Assembly: GCF_001465295.1 (NCBI RefSeq) | Contig: NZ_CP011034.1 | Location: 1,140,001 to 1,172,000 of the forward strand | DNA length: 32,000 nucleotides | Direction of reading: 5' to 3' | From: Pseudoalteromonas translucida KMM 520 | Lineage (GTDB): Bacteria; Pseudomonadota; Gammaproteobacteria; Enterobacterales; Alteromonadaceae | In this document: positions 26,133 through 32,000 of the stretch, piece after piece | Position numbering within the stretch: position 1 is the first letter of the stretch | How the letters are laid out: every line of letters starts with the position of its first letter | Program-made: the position numbers and the translations under genes | Notes under the pieces: generated by a model | Told to the model about the DNA's origin: nothing | The model's input: only the letters and a program-made list of their open reading frames with translations | The model's database searches: none

Positions 26133-26992
26133 TGGCCAAATATTTACGTATTTTAATTACTGTACTGGTTGTTTTTATGGCTGTATTAGCAGGGCGTTGG
26201 GTATGGAACGATTACATGCATACACCATGGACCCGCGATGGCCGCATTAGAGCCAATATTGTTACGGTAGCGCCAGATGTGTCTGGTTGGGTAACTCATT
26301 TAAACATGATTGACGGGCAAAGTGTAAAGCAGGGGGATCTGCTTTTTAGTGTTGATGCTAAGCGTTATCAGGCGGCGTTAGAGCGCAGTAAAGCCAGTAC
26401 CGAAAATGCATTATATACCTGGGAGCTTGCTAAACATAAATACGAGCGTCGAATAGCATTAAACAGCCAACAAGCAATTAGTGAAGAAAGTTTAGAAGCA
26501 ACACGAATTAATACAAAAATAGCAAAAGCCAACTATGAACTCGCTAAAACAGAGCAAGCAGTAGCACAGTTAAACCTTGATAGAACCCAAGTTATTGCAC
26601 CTGTGTCGGGTTACATAATTAACTTAGATTTACGCCAAGGCAATTACGTTGCTCAAGGCGTGTCGGTATTTGCCATTGTACAAGCCGACTCTTTTTATGT
26701 AACCGGCTACTTTGAAGAAACCAAAATCCCTCTTATTCATTTAAAACAACACGCAAATATAGCTTTGTTAAGTGGTGGTAAGCCTTTAACTGGTCAGGTA
26801 ATGAGTATAGGTAAAGCAATTGCTAATACTAATACGCAAAGTAATGGCCAGCGTTTACCACAAGTGCAGCAAACCTTTAACTGGGTACGCTTATCGCAGC
26901 GTATTCCGGTAGATATTAAATTAGACGCGCTTCCTGCAGGTACTCAGCTTAGCGCCGGAATGACCGCAACCATTCGACTTGTTGAGCGCTAA
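26132..26992 (+). CDS. aaeA: AaeA-like efflux pump membrane fusion protein (HlyD family)
   Basis: 286 aa from the ATG at 26132. TPWTRDGRIRANIVTVAPDVSGWV closely parallels E. coli AaeA, as does the C-terminal WVRLSQRIPV. Confidence 0.85.
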   Translation: MAKYLRILITVLVVFMAVLAGRWVWNDYMHTPWTRDGRIRANIVTVAPDVSGWVTHLNMIDGQSVKQGDLLFSVDAKRYQAALERSKASTENALYTWELAKHKYERRIALNSQQAISEESLEATRINTKIAKANYELAKTEQAVAQLNLDRTQVIAPVSGYIINLDLRQGNYVAQGVSVFAIVQADSFYVTGYFEETKIPLIHLKQHANIALLSGGKPLTGQVMSIGKAIANTNTQSNGQRLPQVQQTFNWVRLSQRIPVDIKLDALPAGTQLSAGMTATIRLVER

Positions 26993-29043
26993 TGGAAGCT
27001 GTGCTGCGTAACCTGTTTTCTCCTAAGAAGCAGGCTGTTATTTTTGCTCTAAAAGGCGTAATTGCCATGGCAATGGCGCTTACAGTTGCTTTGTTTCTTA
27101 ATTTAGATCGCCCGTACTGGGCTTTAGTTTCGGCGGTGTTTTTACAAATACGCCCAGAGAGTGGCTTAGTGGCCGAAAAAGCTCTGTGCCAAATTGTAGG
27201 CACTATTATAGGCGGCTTATTTGGCATATTACTATTAACGCAGCTCATATCTTACCCTTACTTAGCACTGGGCGTATTGGGGTTGTGGCTGGGTATTAAC
27301 TCAACGTTATCGGCTATGGTTAGGCAAACAAATTTTATTTATGCGTTTGCTATGGCGGCGGTTACCGCCGAAATTATAGTGTTACTGGTAATAGCAAACC
27401 CTACTACAGTAAGTAGCCAAGCCATATTTAGTATTGCCCAATCACGCATGAGCGAAATTATAATTGGCTCAATTTGCGCCGGCATTGTGAGCCATTTATT
27501 TTGGCCTGTAAAAGTCAAAGATGGGCTGCAAATTCAGGCAAAGTCATTAATAAATCAAACCCTTAATTACCTAGTTACTGAGCTAAATATAAAAGGTTCG
27601 CACGAAGAGCGACACCAACAAATAGATGGCATTTTAGCAACATTAGGCGCGGTTAACGAAGATTCTAGCGCGGTGCGTTACGAAGGCCCTAAAGGTCCTG
27701 GGCGTGCTCGTGCAGCAAATCAATTGTCGCAAAAAGTATTATCTTTACTGGCGTTAATTCAAATATTTGGTCGTTTACAGCGTAGCCATACAAAATTGAT
27801 GAGCCCGCTACTGACTCAATTATTTACTCAGCTCAAACAGGTTTTAGCAAATATAGCGCAAGCAAACAGTATTGATGATTGCATTGAACAAGTAAAAAAC
27901 TTGCGCCGAGAGTTAACCGAATATCGTGCTGACAATAGCAGTGAGCTGCCTTTTGAGTCGCATATGCTTAATGTTAGTGTTGATATAGCTACAGAGCTAA
28001 CTGTGTTGCTGCGTGCTTATCGCGCCCTTGAAGAGCGTGATACAAGGCTACTAAACGCACCTAGCACAGTAACTTATCGTGACCCGTTAGCGGCTATAAT
28101 TGTAGGGTTTCGCACCGTTATGGTGTTTTTTATTGGCGCGTGTATTTGGGTAAGTACAGGATCGCCGGCAGCAATAATGATTATGATTTTACCGGTGATA
28201 TTTTCAATTATGTTAGCGCGTTTTCCACTCATTGTTTTGCGTGTGGTGTTAAAGCGGATAATGATTGGAGTTGTGGTTGCCAGTTTTGTCAGTATTTTTT
28301 ATGCACTTAACTTATTAGCCTACAGTGGTGGGCAATTAGAAATACTTATATTGGTATTAGCTGGCCCTTACTTTATTGGTTTATTACTACTTGCCGATAG
28401 AGAAACCCTGCCTTACGGATTAGGTTTTTGTATACCGTTTTCTATTTTGGTGAGCCCAAGCACCGATATGAGCCGAGCATTTTCAATTGATTATACGCTG
28501 AGTGCAGCAATGGCTATTTTTACTGGGGTGGCTATTTTATTTTGGGTTTTTCATTTAATTACAGGGCCAAGTGCACAATTATTAGTGCATAGAATTTTTA
28601 AAGCAACCCATCAAGACCTGCTCGATATTAATAAACACAGTGCGCCTATTGTTTGGTATAACCAGCGAATGGCCGACCGACTATTACGACTCACTAATTA
28701 CGACCAAGGTTCGCAGTCTCGCGCTATTACTGATTTGGCATTAACCGCATTAAATTTAGGCCACGCAGCAGTGCGATTACGCTCTGTGTGCGAAAACGTA
28801 GCAGGTAAAGATCTAAAATATTTTACACTATGGCAGTATGCCCTTGCTGATGCGTTTTTGCAGGCAAGTAAAGGTCAAGTCGATCAGCGGTTTAAACATG
28901 CATGCGACGCGTTATATCAAGAATTAGTGTGTATATTAGGAGAGTCGCAGCAGGTTGAGGCAATACAAGGAATGTTTATGCGGATTAACTTAACCTTTGA
29001 GCGTAGCGCCAATAGTATTAAGACCCCAAACTCACTACTTTAG
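26992..29043 (+). CDS. aaeB: AaeB-like aromatic carboxylic acid efflux pump subunit (FUSC family)
   Basis: 683 aa. Two hydrophobic blocks separated by a cytoplasmic helical region. The start overlaps the aaeA stop (TAATG). Confidence 0.85.
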   Translation: MEAVLRNLFSPKKQAVIFALKGVIAMAMALTVALFLNLDRPYWALVSAVFLQIRPESGLVAEKALCQIVGTIIGGLFGILLLTQLISYPYLALGVLGLWLGINSTLSAMVRQTNFIYAFAMAAVTAEIIVLLVIANPTTVSSQAIFSIAQSRMSEIIIGSICAGIVSHLFWPVKVKDGLQIQAKSLINQTLNYLVTELNIKGSHEERHQQIDGILATLGAVNEDSSAVRYEGPKGPGRARAANQLSQKVLSLLALIQIFGRLQRSHTKLMSPLLTQLFTQLKQVLANIAQANSIDDCIEQVKNLRRELTEYRADNSSELPFESHMLNVSVDIATELTVLLRAYRALEERDTRLLNAPSTVTYRDPLAAIIVGFRTVMVFFIGACIWVSTGSPAAIMIMILPVIFSIMLARFPLIVLRVVLKRIMIGVVVASFVSIFYALNLLAYSGGQLEILILVLAGPYFIGLLLLADRETLPYGLGFCIPFSILVSPSTDMSRAFSIDYTLSAAMAIFTGVAILFWVFHLITGPSAQLLVHRIFKATHQDLLDINKHSAPIVWYNQRMADRLLRLTNYDQGSQSRAITDLALTALNLGHAAVRLRSVCENVAGKDLKYFTLWQYALADAFLQASKGQVDQRFKHACDALYQELVCILGESQQVEAIQGMFMRINLTFERSANSIKTPNSLL

Positions 29044-29110
29044 CTATTTTTCGAGTTCAGAAGTAGGTGTGAGATCTGCTATACTGTGCGCATCATTTTA
29101 TGGGGCTGTT

Positions 29111-29842
29111 ATGATTTCAAAAAACCAACTCAAACTTATTCGCCAACTTGGCCAAAAAAAGTACCGCAAGCAATTTAATCAATACCTTGTACAAGGTGAA
29201 AAAAACGTACTTGAGTTATTAAACAGCCCATTAAAGGCGGTTGATGTATTTGCTACCGAGGCATTTATAAATACCTATCAAGGGCAGTATCAGGGTGTTA
29301 ATTTTATTAGCGCCGAGGAAGAGCAGCTAACCAAAGTAAGTACGCTGGTTAGTAACAATGCCGCCATTGCTATTGTAAATATGCCACACGCAGCACAACT
29401 ACAAACCAGTGGCTTAATATTAGCACTTGATGGCGTATCTGATCCGGGCAATTTAGGCACTATTATTAGAGTTGCTGATTGGTACGGTATTAAACATATT
29501 GTAACCAGTACTGATAGCGCCGATGCATACAACCCTAAAACAATTAGCGCTACTATGGGCTCGTTTGTAAGAGTGTCGGTAAGCCAAGTTGATTTACCTG
29601 CGTATTTAGCCACATTAAAATTACCAATTTATGGTGCCTTTTTAGACGGGGAAAATGTGCACAACACTCAATTTACAGGTTCAGGCGTGTTATTAATGGG
29701 CAGTGAGTCGCACGGTATACGCGAGGCGTGTGCCAAATTAGTAACTGATAAAATAACCATACCGGCTTTTGGTCAGGCTGAGTCGCTAAATGTGGCTATG
29801 GCAACCGGTATTATTTTAGATAACTTTAAACGCCAAGCTTAA
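29111..29842 (+). CDS. TrmH/SpoU-family RNA 2'-O-methyltransferase
   Basis: 243 aa from the ATG at 29111. SpoU motifs DPGNLGTIIRVADWYG, LLMGSESHGI and AESLNVAMATG. Confidence 0.85.
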   Translation: MISKNQLKLIRQLGQKKYRKQFNQYLVQGEKNVLELLNSPLKAVDVFATEAFINTYQGQYQGVNFISAEEEQLTKVSTLVSNNAAIAIVNMPHAAQLQTSGLILALDGVSDPGNLGTIIRVADWYGIKHIVTSTDSADAYNPKTISATMGSFVRVSVSQVDLPAYLATLKLPIYGAFLDGENVHNTQFTGSGVLLMGSESHGIREACAKLVTDKITIPAFGQAESLNVAMATGIILDNFKRQA

Positions 29843-29895
29843 AACTAAAGCAAGGTGAATGTTTATAACCAATAATATTCGGTAATCACAAAAAG

Positions 29896-32000
29896 ATGCG
29901 CTTAAGCACTATAAAATTGGCAGGCTTTAAATCGTTTGTAGAGCCAACTAAAATTCCATTTCCTGATCAAATGACCTGTGTTGTAGGCCCCAATGGCTGT
30001 GGCAAGTCTAATGTTATTGATGCAGTGCGCTGGGTGCTTGGCGAAAGCTCGGCTAAAAATTTACGTGGCGACGCTATGGCCGATGTCATTTTTAATGGCT
30101 CAACTAATCGTAAAGCTATTTCGCAGGCCTCGGTAGAGCTTACTTTTGATAACGATAAAGGCGACTTTCCTAATACCTTTGCCGATCGTAATCAAATTGC
30201 AATAAAGCGTTTAGTTACTCGCGATGGTCAGTCGTTGTATTTTTTAAATGGCAGTAAATGCCGTAAACGCGATATTACCGATATATTTTTGGGCACTGGC
30301 CTTGGCCCACGTAGTTACGCCATTATTGAGCAAGGCATGATCTCGCGCTTAATAGAGAGTAAACCGCAAGAGCTTAGGGTGTTTTTAGAAGAAGCCGCAG
30401 GGGTGTCTAAATACAAAGAGCGCCGCCGCGAAACGCAAACTCGAATTAAAAGCACCCGTGAAAACTTAGAGCGCTTACTCGATGTGCGCAAAGAGTTACA
30501 AAGTCAGCTTACTAAGTTAGCGGTGCAGTCGGTTGATGCTAAAAAATACCGCGAGTTAAAAGCGCAAGAGCGAACATTAAAAGGGCAAATTGCCGTTTTA
30601 AAATGGCAAAAACTACACCAACAACAACTCGAAAAAAGCCAACAAATAAATAAATTAAATGAGCAAGTTACGTTTTTTAAAACGGCTCATTCTGGCCACG
30701 ACGACGTACTTGCAAGCTTAGAAACCCAAGTACAGGCTTCGCAAGAAAGCGTAAGTGATGCACAACAGCAACAACATGTAATACACACTGAGCTTACGCG
30801 ATCTGAGCAACAACAAATAAGCATAAAACAACAAATTCAAACGCTTAAACAAAATCAGATTACACTGCAGCAGCGCCAAACGCATAGTTTAGAGCTTAAA
30901 ACGCAGCAGCAAACAGTGTGCGAACAACTAGAACACGCTTTGCAGCAGGCAATAGAAAACAACTTAATGCGCAACGAGCAAGTAAGTGAGTTAAGCCAAG
31001 AACTTGAGAGCGCTTTAGAGCTAAAGCAGCAACACACCGAGGATTGGCAATCGCTTAGCGAGCAACTACAGCAACTTAATAATAAGCTGCAGATGCAAGC
31101 AAATAATATTGAGCAAACTCAGCAGCAAAGCAAACACGTTAATGAACAAAGTGAGCAGTTAAACAAGCAAATTACACATCTAAAAAGTGGCGATGTTGAA
31201 CAGCAGTTAGTTTCTCAAAAACAACAAAGGCAAGTACTTACTCAAGAGTTAGCAACTAAGCAAACGGCGCATAGTAAAGGCCAAGTACTGCTTTTAAAGC
31301 AACGTTCGCAGTTAAACATTGCTGAGCAGCAATATCAGCAACTTAGCCAGCAAGCTAACGAACTAAAAGCTAGTATAGCAGGGCTAAGCAGTACATTAAG
31401 CCTTGATAATAAGAGCGAGCATCACAACACGTTATTAAATCAATTAAAGGTTAAAGACGGGTTTGAGCACTGTATCGAACAGGCACTTAAATCGCTTGAG
31501 CATTTAAATGTAAGTGAGCAGTCGGCAAATAACAGTGTGTGGCATAACGCATCAACAAAAAGTAATCAGGCAAATGTAAAAAATAGCTTAGCGGCATTTA
31601 TAACTCAGGGTGTTTACCCTGAAATATTGACCCGTATTGCTTATAGTAAAAACGGCGAACTTAAAGCGTTAGAAGATGATTTTTATATTGCCGTAATGGA
31701 TGAAACCGCCGCTTTGCATGGCCGGAACTGGCATGTAAGCTCAGATCGAAATGCTGAAAACTCATTACTGGTAAAGCACAAGCAATTGCAGCTTAAAACA
31801 GCGCAGCTAAAAAATGTAGAGGGTGAGTTACAACTCGCAGCACAAGTGCTTGAGCAGCAAAAAGCACAGCAAAGTGAGCTTAGTACGCAGCAAAGTGAGC
31901 TTAAAGAAACGATACATCAGCTGGCTCAAAATATTGCCGTAGCGAGTACGCGTAACGATATGCTAAAAGAGCAAGTAGCGCAGTACCAGCAGCAATTGCA
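29896..32000 (+). CDS. smc: Chromosome segregation protein SMC, N-terminal part (runs off the window)
   Basis: Not in the ORF track because it has no stop in the window. The sequence begins MRLSTIKLAGFKSFVEPTKIPFPDQMTCVVGPNGCGKSNVIDAVRWVLGE (Walker A), followed by a long Gln/Leu/Glu-rich coiled coil. Confidence 0.9.
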   Translation, partial: MRLSTIKLAGFKSFVEPTKIPFPDQMTCVVGPNGCGKSNVIDAVRWVLGESSAKNLRGDAMADVIFNGSTNRKAISQASVELTFDNDKGDFPNTFADRNQIAIKRLVTRDGQSLYFLNGSKCRKRDITDIFLGTGLGPRSYAIIEQGMISRLIESKPQELRVFLEEAAGVSKYKERRRETQTRIKSTRENLERLLDVRKELQSQLTKLAVQSVDAKKYRELKAQERTLKGQIAVLKWQKLHQQQLEKSQQINKLNEQVTFFKTAHSGHDDVLASLETQVQASQESVSDAQQQQHVIHTELTRSEQQQISIKQQIQTLKQNQITLQQRQTHSLELKTQQQTVCEQLEHALQQAIENNLMRNEQVSELSQELESALELKQQHTEDWQSLSEQLQQLNNKLQMQANNIEQTQQQSKHVNEQSEQLNKQITHLKSGDVEQQLVSQKQQRQVLTQELATKQTAHSKGQVLLLKQRSQLNIAEQQYQQLSQQANELKASIAGLSSTLSLDNKSEHHNTLLNQLKVKDGFEHCIEQALKSLEHLNVSEQSANNSVWHNASTKSNQANVKNSLAAFITQGVYPEILTRIAYSKNGELKALEDDFYIAVMDETAALHGRNWHVSSDRNAENSLLVKHKQLQLKTAQLKNVEGELQLAAQVLEQQKAQQSELSTQQSELKETIHQLAQNIAVASTRNDMLKEQVAQYQQQL

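Noticed and set aside
30600-31400. CAG/CAA-rich tract that looks like a nucleotide repeat, with a 60-aa antisense ORF (30855-31037).
   Set aside because: It is in frame with SMC and encodes the Gln/Leu/Glu-rich coiled-coil arm. There is no exact tandem repeat unit, and the antisense ORF is Cys/Ser-rich low complexity.

Overview
The window looks like an AT-rich gammaproteobacterial chromosome. The protein sequences look Alteromonadales or Pseudoalteromonas-like, but that is inference and I cannot verify it. Most of it is recognisable housekeeping: kdsA, gcvA-ygdD-rlmM (the same neighbourhood as in E. coli), cysZ, speA-speB, an aaeXAB-like efflux operon, a TrmH-family methyltransferase, and the 5' part of smc running off the right edge.

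Two regions stand out.

(1) 6.0-16.1 kb is a LysR-centred accessory locus. Two nearly identical BCCT transporters bracket it. Inside are a translationally coupled pair of proteins I cannot assign to any characterised family (569 aa and 245 aa), an aldehyde dehydrogenase, an M19 dipeptidase-like protein that lacks the canonical N-terminal metal ligands, and a RidA protein. The same ATAAG-N5-CTTAT dyad sits in front of both divergent transcription units. This is my best candidate for an undescribed system, probably uptake and catabolism of an osmolyte or quaternary amine.

(2) 18.3-22.9 kb is an AT-rich islet where well under half the sequence is coding. It holds two tandem paralogous genes for very basic 36/37-aa micro-proteins (below the ORF-track cutoff) with conserved leaders. 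It also holds a 23-aa hydrophobic micro-ORF, a membrane-protein gene with a long leader of about 180 nt, a 56-aa protein, a lipoprotein, several structured noncoding elements and one REP-like palindrome.

I saw no rRNA, tRNA, CRISPR array, transposase, integrase or recognisable defence genes.
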